From NCBI GenBank assembly GCA_966243015.1, contig CBIMES010000001.1, forward strand, positions 426,076-490,075: a stretch of DNA of 64,000 bases. The letters are read 5' to 3'. Position 1 is the first letter of the stretch; each line of letters opens with the position of its first letter. This document shows positions 1 through 9,189 of this stretch, one piece after another. A program made the translations under genes and the position numbers. Below the pieces are notes generated by a model. That model was not told the DNA's origin. It saw only the letters and a list, made by a program, of their open reading frames with translations, and made no database searches. This stretch comes from an uncultured bacterium. Its GTDB lineage: Bacteria; Patescibacteriota; Minisyncoccia; Phycocordibacterales; UBA6065.

Positions 1-3000
1 TGTGGCGATTGAGAACCTAACCTCGGTCTCGCTGTTCGCCGTCACCGAGACATTTGATATGGCAGGGTTCTGCGTGTCGACGTCTTCCTGGTTTTCGAGA
101 AGCGCGGTGTCGATGAGTCGGACAATGTTCTGGACACGAACGCCCCTAAAGGTCTCCATCTGACCCGCGACAATGATTTTGTTCTCGGAGTCAATGTCAA
201 AAGAATAAACCGTATCCTCGAAACCGCCGCCATCGCCGCCTGTCGGGAAGCTCGGATCGACAGCTCCGTTCGGGAGGAGCTTCATGATTCTCCTTCCGTA
301 GACGAGGCTCTCACCCTCCTTGGCTATATGGCCAAACGATCCCGCGATGAGGATACTACCGTCCTCAAGTACGCGCATATCGTTAATCTGACCATCGAGA
401 GATCTCAGGCCGAAACCCCTGTCGAGGGTCATATCCGAATTCAATCGAGTCAGTGAATAGGGGGTCGAATTCGAGGTTCTCCTGAAGAATCCGCTAATGA
501 GGAGCTTGCCGTCAGGCTGCATGATCATCTTGTTGAGGCCAAATCTATGGAAGCCAAAATTGTCCGATATGATTTCGTCTATCGAGCCGTCCGCGTTGAG
601 GCGCACGAGCTCCTCATAGTCGTTGTTGGCGATGACTTCGGCGCTCACGATAATCTTTCCGTCACCGTCAACAAGAATCTCCGAGTCGCCCGAATCGACG
701 TCGAAGATCTCGCTATCAAGGGTGAACGTCTCGTCGAGCGAGCCGTCCGCGTTGAGGCGCACGAGGGAGAGCGTCTGATTCGTATCCGTGCCGACCATGA
801 TCTTGTCGCCTGGGTACGATACCACCTCCCATATGCCCAGGCCGTCGATGACCTCGTCCATCTGGAACGTCTCGTCGAGCGAGCCGTCCGCGTTGAGGCG
901 AGCAAGGCCGAAATCACCCCAAACCATAATCTTCTCGTCTGAATCGACGAAGAAGCCGCCGACCCCATCATTTACGATTGGCTCAGGGACCCATGACTCA
1001 TCGACGGTTCCGTCGTTGTTAACCATAAGGAGCGTTTGGGTATAGCTGCCGTTGAAGCCGCCAACCGCGAGATACTTGCCATTTGAAAGAGCCTTTATCT
1101 TAACCGCGTTAGGAAAACCGGAGCCATATCCGCCCCACACATTGAAAGACTCGTCCTGGATGCCGGTCTCGTCAAACCTCCTCAGGCTGCGGCCTCCCGT
1201 CATGTCACTTACGACAATCTTGCCGTCGGACTGAAGCGCGATCGAGGTCACCTCGTTATATTTAACTATCGGCTGAAGACTCTGATCGAGGCTTCCGTCG
1301 GCGTTGAGCATGAAGACGGCGCTCGCGATATCCTCGTCGGACTCGGTTGTGTAGATGCTGAAGTCTCCTCCCACGAGCATTTTCCCGCCGACGAGGAAGA
1401 CGATTGAGTCGATGGGGCCGTTTAGACCAAATCTTGACTCAGTCTCAGTCTGCTCGTCGTACGAATACGTTGGGATCAGGAAAGAGGTGTCTTTGGTTCC
1501 GTCTGAATTGAGGCGGACTGAGGTGTACGCCAGCTCGCCGTCAAACTCCGTGAAGTTTCCACTCACGATAATCTTGCCATCAGGCTGCACGGCCACGAAT
1601 CTTGTGGAGGAATTAAAACCGTCGCCGAGATTTGTCGAGAACGCGGTATCAAGAGAACCGTCCGCGTTCAGGCGAACCAGCCCCCGGGGAACGGACACCT
1701 CGTCGTACGACTCAAAGTCTCCCGCGACAAGAATCTTTCCGTTAGGCTGAACCTGGATATGACTCACGTCGCCATCAAAGCCCAATCCTGTCTGGAAAGA
1801 GGTGTCGAGCGAACCATCGGCGTCAAGAAGGACGATTGGGCCAACCTGCTGTCCGTCAAACTCAGAGAAATAACCCGACACAAAGAGCCCGCCGTCCGCC
1901 GCGAGAGATATATCGAGTGCCTGGTCGTTGAAGCCGTCGCCCACGTCAAAACCCTCGTCGAGCGACCCGTCTGAGTTGAGGCGCACGATGCGACCCACGT
2001 TCTCGCCGTCAAACTGAGTAAACTCACCTACGGCAATAATGTCGCCGCTTGAGAGACGCTTGATGTCATTTACCTGGGCGTTGAAGCCGTTGCCGACGTC
2101 GAAAGAAGAATCCTCGGTGCCGTCACCGTTAAGCCTTCGGATACCGCCCATGAAATCACCTCCGACAATTGATTTATCGTCAGGCTGAATAACCAAGGCT
2201 CGCACCACACCGTCGATTCCCGTGGGCCTAAAGGTCTGATCAAGGAGGAGAGCTGAATCATTGTCAGCGACCGCGACCACGACGTTATCCGCATCAATGT
2301 CGTCATAGTCATCGTCAGAGCTCGACACTGAGGCGATAATCTGGTCGATCTCGTTGCCCTCAATCACCGAGTCGTTGATCGCGGTGACCGTGGTGTAAAA
2401 CGTCGGCGCGGCTCCGTAAAGCTCCGGATCGTCCCAATCCGAAGGGTCGAAGGTAAATGTGGTGGTCGAGAACTGTATCTCGTCGTTAAGCGAAGAAAGG
2501 TTGACCGTTACAGGGGCAGACGGTTTTGTGTTGAGGCCGACGGTGATTGTGTGGTCAGTGTGCCAATCTTCAACCTCATCCCCCTCGCGCACGGAGAGGG
2601 TTCGAGGAGCGAGGACGACGCCCGGATCAAGGGAAAGGAGCACCACACCGCCCACGTCATAGGTGGCGTATCCCACTTGATACTCGTCGACGTAACCACC
2701 TCCCATAAACAGGCGACCGTCGGAAAGCAGGGCCAGAGTTCTTATCTCAGCGTTATACAATCCCCCCGCTATGCTCGTCGGCATCGTATCGTCGAGAGAC
2801 CCGTCCGCGTTGAATCGAATAAGCGTGAGATACTGTTTGTCGTCGTAACTGTCGAAACCCCCGGCAACGAGCAACTTCCCATCATCCTGAACGAGGAGCG
2901 CGTAGACAGGAGCGCCCCAAAACTCACCCTCAAGCGAAAAAGTGTTATCTATGGTGCCATCAGAGTTAAGTCGTGCGACATTCGAAGACGAGGCGTTTCC

Positions 3001-3924
3001 GTAGCTCGAGAACTGACCTCCAATGTACATCTTGCCGTCTGAAAGAAGGGCAATGTCGTTAACGCCGTAAGACGCGTACTGTCGATCGTCCACAGTCGCA
3101 AAGGATTCGTCAGTCGAACCATCTGCGTTAAGCCTCATGAGCCTGTACGACTCGTCATCGAGAGTCGAGTCCTCCTCGCACTCAGGCTCATCCTCATAGT
3201 CGCAGGTGTAGTCGTACTCGCCGTCGGCACCCTTATAGAAAAAGCTTCCCGCGACCACAATTTTGCCGTCTGGCTGCATGACCATCCTCTCCGCGGTGAC
3301 GTACAGATACTCAAACTTAGGGTCTATCGAGAAACTGTTGTCTATGCTTCCATCGCTATTAAGCCGAAGAATGCCCCTTACGTCCTCGCCCCGGTACGTT
3401 CCCCCGTTTGAGGCAAAAGCGGCGAGATAGTCACCATCCTCAAGCGCAATAACATCCCAGATTCCACCCGTGTTGGATCCCCCCGTCGACGGGTCGAAAG
3501 TCTCATCGAGCGTCCCGTCAGCATTGAGCCGAAGGATTCCCTCTGCGTCCTGGCCGTTGAACGACTCGAAGCTTCCGTATACGAGCATCTTGCCATCGTC
3601 AAGAATGTGAACGCCCCTCACGGACCCGCCGTCAAAACCTTCACCCCCGAGATCAAATGTCGAATCGAGGGTGAGATCGGCATTAAGCCTTACAAGCCCA
3701 CCCTGTACGGCGGATCCATTGTACTGATTGAAGCTTCCGCCCACGAGTACCTTTCCGTCCTCAAGCACCTTTACGAGATAAATCTCCGCATCATAGCCGC
3801 TGTAGGTAAACCCGCCGTCCGTCCCGAAGCTCGGATCAATAATCGCCGCGCGAACCGAGGTTGTAAAAGCGAGAGACAGCGCGAGCGCGAGGGCTACCTT
3901 ACAGAGGACGGAAAATCGTTTCAT
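1..3924 (-). CDS. Delta-60 repeat secreted protein (start codon at 3924; ORF runs off the window start, so 5' end in window, 3' end beyond)
   Basis: Own minus-strand translation from ATG 3924 gives signal peptide MKRFSVLCKVALALALSLAFTTSVRAAI. Repeated units follow (LNADGTLDETFDPSTGG...DGKMLVYGSF...), matching the Delta-60 repeat pattern. There is no in-window stop, so it is absent from the ORF track. Plus ORFs 547..942 and 3607..3933 are its antisense. Confidence 0.8.
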   Translation of the reverse strand, partial: MKRFSVLCKVALALALSLAFTTSVRAAIIDPSFGTDGGFTYSGYDAEIYLVKVLEDGKVLVGGSFNQYNGSAVQGGLVRLNADLTLDSTFDLGGEGFDGGSVRGVHILDDGKMLVYGSFESFNGQDAEGILRLNADGTLDETFDPSTGGSNTGGIWDVIALEDGDYLAAFASNGGTYRGEDVRGILRLNSDGSIDNSFSIDPKFEYLYVTAERMVMQPDGKIVVAGSFFYKGADGEYDYTCDYEDEPECEEDSTLDDESYRLMRLNADGSTDESFATVDDRQYASYGVNDIALLSDGKMYIGGQFSSYGNASSSNVARLNSDGTIDNTFSLEGEFWGAPVYALLVQDDGKLLVAGGFDSYDDKQYLTLIRFNADGSLDDTMPTSIAGGLYNAEIRTLALLSDGRLFMGGGYVDEYQVGYATYDVGGVVLLSLDPGVVLAPRTLSVREGDEVEDWHTDHTITVGLNTKPSAPVTVNLSSLNDEIQFSTTTFTFDPSDWDDPELYGAAPTFYTTVTAINDSVIEGNEIDQIIASVSSSDDDYDDIDADNVVVAVADNDSALLLDQTFRPTGIDGVVRALVIQPDDKSIVGGDFMGGIRRLNGDGTEDSSFDVGNGFNAQVNDIKRLSSGDIIAVGEFTQFDGENVGRIVRLNSDGSLDEGFDVGDGFNDQALDISLAADGGLFVSGYFSEFDGQQVGPIVLLDADGSLDTSFQTGLGFDGDVSHIQVQPNGKILVAGDFESYDEVSVPRGLVRLNADGSLDTAFSTNLGDGFNSSTRFVAVQPDGKIIVSGNFTEFDGELAYTSVRLNSDGTKDTSFLIPTYSYDEQTETESRFGLNGPIDSIVFLVGGKMLVGGDFSIYTTESDEDIASAVFMLNADGSLDQSLQPIVKYNEVTSIALQSDGKIVVSDMTGGRSLRRFDETGIQDESFNVWGGYGSGFPNAVKIKALSNGKYLAVGGFNGSYTQTLLMVNNDGTVDESWVPEPIVNDGVGGFFVDSDEKIMVWGDFGLARLNADGSLDETFQMDEVIDGLGIWEVVSYPGDKIMVGTDTNQTLSLVRLNADGSLDETFTLDSEIFDVDSGDSEILVDGDGKIIVSAEVIANNDYEELVRLNADGSIDEIISDNFGFHRFGLNKMIMQPDGKLLISGFFRRTSNSTPYSLTRLNSDMTLDRGFGLRSLDGQINDMRVLEDGSILIAGSFGHIAKEGESLVYGRRIMKLLPNGAVDPSFPTGGDGGGFEDTVYSFDIDSENKIIVAGQMETFRGVRVQNIVRLIDTALLENQEDVDTQNPAISNVSVTANSETEVRFSIAT

Positions 3925-4020
3925 GGAAAATGACAAATCTTTCTAAAGAAATAATGAAGATATTATACCCGACAAAGTCACGTAATAGCACAAGCGCCAT
4001 TGGCGCCAAACGGGGAAAAC

Positions 4021-4542
4021 CTAGAACATCTCCTTCTTGATACCCAGGCGGTACCCGATAATGCATGCAACTGGATGAAAAACATAGGTGAGGGCGAGTG
4101 CGAGAAAAGCGACGGGCACGCTCACGAGATCAAAGGCGAGGAACACGGCACACGTAGCGAGCATGTAATCCGCATGGTCTACCCCCACAAGGAACCCGCC
4201 TCGCGGAATGCCGATGCGCCTCTTGATAAAGCTACCCAGAACCCCTCCCACGAGAACAGTAAGGGCCTTGAGATACAAGATGCCCATCGAGTCAGGGACA
4301 AAAGGGTACAAAAGCAAAGGCAGCAAAAGCACGACAGGCAAGCTTAGGAGCCCCTGAGAATCCCCGAGAACCCTCCTCCCGTCACAAAGGACTGTTCCGA
4401 AATCCAAAGGGACGTTGAGGCGCTCAAACACGGGAAAGGACTTTCTCAGGGGACGGAGGAAGTTGAAGGACATGTTGACGACCCAACAGGGGACGGCAAA
4501 CGTCACGGCCGCAAGGAACACGCCTTGAAGCGAGAGACCCAT
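4021..4542 (-). CDS. Integral membrane protein, DUF46 / CDP-archaeol-synthase-like
   Basis: 173-aa ORF with multiple TM segments and the motif GGVLGSFIKRRIGIPRGG typical of DUF46 CTP-transferase-like proteins. The overlapping plus ORF 4000..4347 is Arg/Glu/His-rich antisense junk. Confidence 0.5.
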   Translation of the reverse strand: MGLSLQGVFLAAVTFAVPCWVVNMSFNFLRPLRKSFPVFERLNVPLDFGTVLCDGRRVLGDSQGLLSLPVVLLLPLLLYPFVPDSMGILYLKALTVLVGGVLGSFIKRRIGIPRGGFLVGVDHADYMLATCAVFLAFDLVSVPVAFLALALTYVFHPVACIIGYRLGIKKEMF

Positions 4543-4544
4543 GA

Positions 4545-5495
4545 CTACGCAAGCTTATTGAAGACACGGAGCTTCTCCTCGACGACGCGCTGCATGGCAG
4601 AAACCGTCGGCCTGAGAAGCTTATACGGAGCAACCTCGTCGGGGGTCGCGGTGACGGACGCCTTGAGCGCATCGCGGAACGCCACGCGAAGCTCGGTATT
4701 CACGTGAATGATGGCGACGCCCGCGTCGATAGCGGCGCGGAAATCGTCGGCAGAATTGCCGGACCCTCCGTGAAGGACGAGCGGAAGGCCAGTCGCCTCA
4801 GAAATCTCCCTGATGCGAGCGATATTAAGAGCCGGGTCAACGCCACCCTTGAGCATGCCATGGATGTTGCCGACCGCCGGCGCAAGCATGTCTACGCCCG
4901 TCGCCTCGGCAAAGCGCTTCGCCTCGTCAGGCTTGGTGAGGAACTCCTCGGAAATCTTCACGCCCTCGGGAATACCGTCAAGAACCTTTGACGACTTGCC
5001 GATGAAGCCGATTTCGGCCTCGACCATGATGTCACGGCCCTCGGCCCTGGCGCTGGAACGAACGTAGTCGACGCACTTTTTCGTGGCCGCCACGTTGTCG
5101 TCGAAATTCTGCTCGGTGCCGTCATAGATGCACGCGTCGTAGCCCGCGTCGACAACCTCCTTCACGCGATCAAATGAATAGGTGTGATCTGCGTTGATGA
5201 AAACAGGTTGGCCCGTCTCGGCGCGATAGCTTTCGACGAGCGCCTTCGCCTGAGCGACCCCAACGAAGTCTCGCTCGCCCTCTGACACGCCGATAATGAC
5301 CGGAATCTCTCGCCCTGACTCCTTGGACACGACCTCGGCAGCCTTCACCACCGCCCAGAAACCCTCGATGTTTGAGATATTGAAGTGGCCGATGGCGACC
5401 TTGCGAGCGAGGGCATCGTTTACGAGCGATCGCAGCGAAGGACCCTTTGAGGCTGACATCGCCGCGGACTTCCCTCCCTTGAAAAATTTGAACAT
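4545..5495 (-). CDS. fba: Fructose-bisphosphate aldolase, class II
   Basis: Class II FBA motifs (HFNISNIEG, DHTYSFD, LHGGSG). Start trimmed to MFKFFKGG (ATG at 5495), which sits after a terminator hairpin and an AT-rich promoter region. Confidence 0.9.
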   Translation of the reverse strand: MFKFFKGGKSAAMSASKGPSLRSLVNDALARKVAIGHFNISNIEGFWAVVKAAEVVSKESGREIPVIIGVSEGERDFVGVAQAKALVESYRAETGQPVFINADHTYSFDRVKEVVDAGYDACIYDGTEQNFDDNVAATKKCVDYVRSSARAEGRDIMVEAEIGFIGKSSKVLDGIPEGVKISEEFLTKPDEAKRFAEATGVDMLAPAVGNIHGMLKGGVDPALNIARIREISEATGLPLVLHGGSGNSADDFRAAIDAGVAIIHVNTELRVAFRDALKASVTATPDEVAPYKLLRPTVSAMQRVVEEKLRVFNKLA

Positions 5496-5562
5496 GCGTA
5501 AAGTGTAACACAATAAAAAAGGCCCCAAGGAATTGCTTCCAAGGGGCCAATTGGCCCAAACG

Positions 5563-5913
5563 TTAGCCACAAGGTGACGGCATGCTTCCGACAAGCCGCT
5601 CTTCCATGTCGTGGAGAGCGTTGCGGACCAGCTTTGACACCTGCTCGGGATTTCTGATGGGCTCGCAGAAATCTCGTTGAAACGAACAGACGTAACCATC
5701 GTATTCGAACGACCACTGGACATCGGGCTCGCAATCGCTGCCGAAGACATCGGCGAGCGCCTGAGCGATGGCGCCCGTGGTGTCTCGAATTTCTCGGAGA
5801 ATCGCGGCGAAATAAACCACGGTTCCCTCGATCTTTACGATACCCAGCTTTCCCGACTCGCCAACACCTTGAACGTGCTGGAGGTTTTCGAACTTAACGT
5901 CGCGGACTTTCAT
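5563..5913 (-). CDS. Hypothetical protein (116 aa)
   Basis: ORF-track ORF with plausible composition and a downstream hairpin terminator at about 5500-5540. No recognisable family. Confidence 0.45.
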   Translation of the reverse strand: MKVRDVKFENLQHVQGVGESGKLGIVKIEGTVVYFAAILREIRDTTGAIAQALADVFGSDCEPDVQWSFEYDGYVCSFQRDFCEPIRNPEQVSKLVRNALHDMEERLVGSMPSPCG

Positions 5914-6108
5914 ACATCAATGAACGAACCAGACACAGTGAATCGCATGTTTTGAGAGCCCAATTCGTTGGCTCAAGAGCGCGTGCCGTCATAGGGCGAC
6001 TCCGTACTCTACCTTTCATAATTATACACCCAAAAATAGGTATTTGTCAATATGCAAAAACCCCTGTTTTCAAAGGCTTTTCAGGGACAAACTTGGTACA
6101 ATATCCGC

Positions 6109-7104
6109 ATGTTTTCAAAACCAACAGACTTCCTGGCGATCGGTGACACGGTGACCGACGCATTCATTAGACTCAAGGAAGCCCACGTCACCTGTACCAT
6201 CGATAAGGACAACTGCGAGCTCTGCATGAAGTTCGGCGACAAGATCCCCTACGAGTCCGTCACCATCGTGAAGGCAGTCGGCAACAGCGCAAACGCCGCG
6301 GTGTCGGCGGCGCGACTCGGCCTCCGCTCTTCCCTCCTCACCAATCTCGGAGACGACCAGAACGGCAGGGACGCCCTCATCGAGCTCAAGAGAAATGGCG
6401 TCGACACGAAACACATCAGCCTCAGCAAAGGCATCGAGACCAACTACCACTACGTGCTCTGGTACGGCGACGAGCGAACCATTCTTGTGAAGCATCAGGA
6501 CTTCCCGTATCGCCTGCCGAAGATGAAGAACCCGAAGTGGGTGTACGTCAGCTCCCTCGGCGGCACCTCCTACGAGTATCATCTCGAGATTACAAGATGG
6601 CTCGAGGCGAATCCTGACATCAAGGTCGTCTTCCAGCCCGGAACGTTCCAGATGAACCTCGGTTACGAAAAGCTCGCCGCTCTCTACAGACGCTCGGACA
6701 TCTTCTTCTGCAACAAGGAAGAGGCCCAGCGTATCCTCGGCACGACCGAAGGCGACATCAAGACGCTCATGACGATGATGCGCGAGAAGGGCCCGAAACT
6801 CGTCGTCATCACCGACGGCCCGCGCGGCGCGTATACGTTCGACGGCACCGACGCCTTCTTCATGCCGCCCTACCCTGACCCAAAGGCGCCCTTCGAGCGC
6901 ACCGGCGCGGGCGACGCCTTCGCATCGACCTTCACAGCTGCCATCGCCCTCGGCAAAACCGTGGCGGAGGCCCTGACCTGGGCCCCAATCAACTCGGCCT
7001 ACGTCGTACAGGACATTGGCGCCCAGCGAGGACTCCTCACCCGCGAGCAACTCGAGAAATACCTTGCCACCGCCCCGGCAGACTACAAACCTCAGAAGAT
7101 CTAG
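6109..7104 (+). CDS. PfkB-family carbohydrate kinase (ribokinase-like)
   Basis: GD/DTVTD N-terminal motif and TGAGDAF anion-hole motif. Start chosen at MFSKPTDFLAIGD inside ORF 6052..7104. Confidence 0.85.
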   Translation: MFSKPTDFLAIGDTVTDAFIRLKEAHVTCTIDKDNCELCMKFGDKIPYESVTIVKAVGNSANAAVSAARLGLRSSLLTNLGDDQNGRDALIELKRNGVDTKHISLSKGIETNYHYVLWYGDERTILVKHQDFPYRLPKMKNPKWVYVSSLGGTSYEYHLEITRWLEANPDIKVVFQPGTFQMNLGYEKLAALYRRSDIFFCNKEEAQRILGTTEGDIKTLMTMMREKGPKLVVITDGPRGAYTFDGTDAFFMPPYPDPKAPFERTGAGDAFASTFTAAIALGKTVAEALTWAPINSAYVVQDIGAQRGLLTREQLEKYLATAPADYKPQKI

Positions 7105-7111
7105 AATGAAC

Positions 7112-7146
7112 GCAAAACTACGCCGGGAATTCCCGGCGGCGTTTTG
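7112..7146. terminator. Palindromic hairpin between the kinase gene and the PAP2 gene (gcaaaactacgccgggaattcccggcggcgttttgc)
   Basis: Inverted repeat read directly. Confidence 0.6.
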
Positions 7147-7154
7147 CTGTCTTG

Positions 7155-7712
7155 CTATCTGCCTCTCTTAATATAGTTGCTTCGAGGCCTGAAGAGAAAA
7201 CGGTCGAGCCACGAGAAGAACCAAAGCAAGAGACCGCCGAGAAGCCAGCCGGCAAACACCTGGGAGGGATAATGAACACCGAGATAGACGCGCGAGAGAC
7301 CGACAGCCAGGATTATGAGCAAGACGCCCGAGGTCAGAACCCAGCTGCGTGGATGGCGAAGCCAGATCCACCCAAGCACCGCGACCGAAACAAGCGCGTG
7401 GCCGGAAGGCATCGCGGACGACGCCTCGAGAGCGTATTGGAATATGCCCGCGTCAATCGTGTAGGGCCGAGGCGCGTTGATGAGGGCCTTGAGCCCGTAA
7501 ACCACGCCAAGCGAGCAGAGAAAGATGACGGCAGTCTCAAGAGCGACGCGCTTTTTCTGTATGAGAGCGAGGGCGAGAATGAGAACGACAACCGGAAGGT
7601 ACGGGCTGCCAAAAGAACCCGACACAAGAAGCGCGACGGACTGCCACGCAGGACCAATCGCCTGGATGGCGTAGAGAAGGACCGTGTCGAAATGAGTGAT
7701 CTGCTCAATCAT
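7155..7712 (-). CDS. PAP2-family phosphatase (membrane)
   Basis: PSGH and SRVYLGVHYPSQV acid-phosphatase motifs with TM helices. Confidence 0.8.
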   Translation of the reverse strand: MIEQITHFDTVLLYAIQAIGPAWQSVALLVSGSFGSPYLPVVVLILALALIQKKRVALETAVIFLCSLGVVYGLKALINAPRPYTIDAGIFQYALEASSAMPSGHALVSVAVLGWIWLRHPRSWVLTSGVLLIILAVGLSRVYLGVHYPSQVFAGWLLGGLLLWFFSWLDRFLFRPRSNYIKRGR

Positions 7713-7715
7713 GGC

Positions 7716-8501
7716 CTACATGATACTAAGAATCAGGATGCCGACAAGGATACGGTAATAACCGAACGGCACAAGATCCCTCGTCTGCACGTACTTCATG
7801 AAGACGCGAATGACCGCCCAGGCGACGAGGAAGGAGACGACGAAGCCCGTCGCAAGAACCAGCGCCTCGTGGAAGCCCATGCCTGACACGCCCTTGAGAA
7901 GCGCGTATCCCGATGCCGCCGCAATGGTCGGCACAGCAAGGAAGAACGAAAACTCAACCGCGGCCACGCGCGAGACGCCAAGGAAGAGCGCGCCGATGAT
8001 GGTCGCAGCCGATCGAGACGTGCCGGGAACGAGCGCGAGACACTGGGCGATGCCAACGAGGAAGGCCGTGCGGTAGCTCATGCCCTCAACGTTCGCGGCA
8101 CCCTCGCGCTTGGGCATTTTCTCGGAAACAATGAGGAGCACGCCGCCTACGATAAGGGCCACGGCAACCGTCTCGACGCTGAAGAGATGCCCCTGTATCC
8201 AGTCGCCGAAGAGCGCGCCGAGGGCGAGGGCGGGCACGACGGCGACGAGAGTCTTCTTCCAAGTGCCGAATGCGGCCGACGCGGCCTGGCAGCCGCCGAA
8301 CGGCCACAGCCTCCTCCGGAACAAAATGAGCACGGCACAAATGGCCCCCAGCTGTATGACGATGTCGAAGGTCTCGGCAAAACCCGGCGCAAGAGAGAAC
8401 CACTCACCCACGAGGATAAGGTGGCCCGTTGAAGACACCGGAAGGAACTCGGTCACCCCCTCAACTATTCCCAGGACAACGGCACTTAGAAAATCAAACA
8501 T
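7716..8501 (-). CDS. uppP: Undecaprenyl-diphosphate phosphatase
   Basis: EGVTEFLPVSSTGH and PGTSRSAATI signature motifs of UppP/BacA. Confidence 0.9.
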   Translation of the reverse strand: MFDFLSAVVLGIVEGVTEFLPVSSTGHLILVGEWFSLAPGFAETFDIVIQLGAICAVLILFRRRLWPFGGCQAASAAFGTWKKTLVAVVPALALGALFGDWIQGHLFSVETVAVALIVGGVLLIVSEKMPKREGAANVEGMSYRTAFLVGIAQCLALVPGTSRSAATIIGALFLGVSRVAAVEFSFFLAVPTIAAASGYALLKGVSGMGFHEALVLATGFVVSFLVAWAVIRVFMKYVQTRDLVPFGYYRILVGILILSIM

Positions 8502-8513
8502 GGCGCAGTGGAA

Positions 8514-9089
8514 TTACATGGTTACCTTCTGCACATTCGCCCTCTTGAGAAGCTCGGCCCGAAGTCGCTCGGCCACCTCCCTGTCTATGGACGGTATTAC
8601 CCCTTCGTCGTGCTGGACGCCCTTCTTGCTGTCGTCGCCCTCGGCACTCACCTCGTCGCGACTCGCCGTGTATATGACAAGGCGACTGAGGCCCGCGATC
8701 TGCTGAGTAATCGTCCTCTCTATGTCGATGTTCTGTATCTGTCGGTACGGAATCGCGGTCTCCTGCTTGGTGAAGACTCCGCGACGGATGCGAAGGGCGT
8801 CCTCGGCAAGGAGGAATCCGGAATTCCTATACACAAGCCAGCTCGACAGGAAGCCAGCGGCCAAGGCAACGGCGGCAAAAGCGAGAAGGGCCCACGACGC
8901 GACGCGAACGAGAGGGGCGACGTCAGGCGAGACAAACGACTGCGCGCGGACAAGGGAAAGACCGAATGCCGCAAGAAGAAAGAAAACGCCCGCGCCGATC
9001 CTCTTTGACACGAGGAACCAGAAGGTCTTCTGGCCAAGCGGCTGGTAGGTTGAGCCGGAAAACGCCTCGACAGATAAGTCTGTGTACAT
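8514..9089 (-). CDS. Membrane-flanked bacterial PH-domain (bPH_2, YdbT-like) protein
   Basis: Two N-terminal TM helices followed by a bPH_2-like domain (RIRRGVFTKQETAIPYRQIQNIDIERT). Confidence 0.75.
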   Translation of the reverse strand: MYTDLSVEAFSGSTYQPLGQKTFWFLVSKRIGAGVFFLLAAFGLSLVRAQSFVSPDVAPLVRVASWALLAFAAVALAAGFLSSWLVYRNSGFLLAEDALRIRRGVFTKQETAIPYRQIQNIDIERTITQQIAGLSRLVIYTASRDEVSAEGDDSKKGVQHDEGVIPSIDREVAERLRAELLKRANVQKVTM

Positions 9090-9130
9090 AGATGGAATTA
9101 TACTATACGAGTCAGGCTAAGCGGAACAAA

Positions 9131-9160
9131 GGCCGGTGCCCTAGGGCGCCGGCCTTTGGT
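9131..9160. terminator. Hairpin aaaggccggtgccctagggcgccggccttt downstream of the giant minus-strand gene
   Basis: Inverted repeat read directly. Confidence 0.6.
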
Positions 9161-9189
9161 GCCTTGTCAGGTCCGCCCGCCCTCACTGC

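Noticed and set aside
547-3933. Plus-strand ORFs (547..942, 788..1045, 2551..3042, 3607..3933 and others) over the first 4 kb
   Set aside because: They are antisense to the single long minus-strand Delta-60 repeat gene, which I translated directly. They are Arg/Val/Glu-rich without family signals.
6115-7050. 311-aa minus-strand ORF
   Set aside because: Antisense to the PfkB kinase gene, which has clear catalytic motifs.
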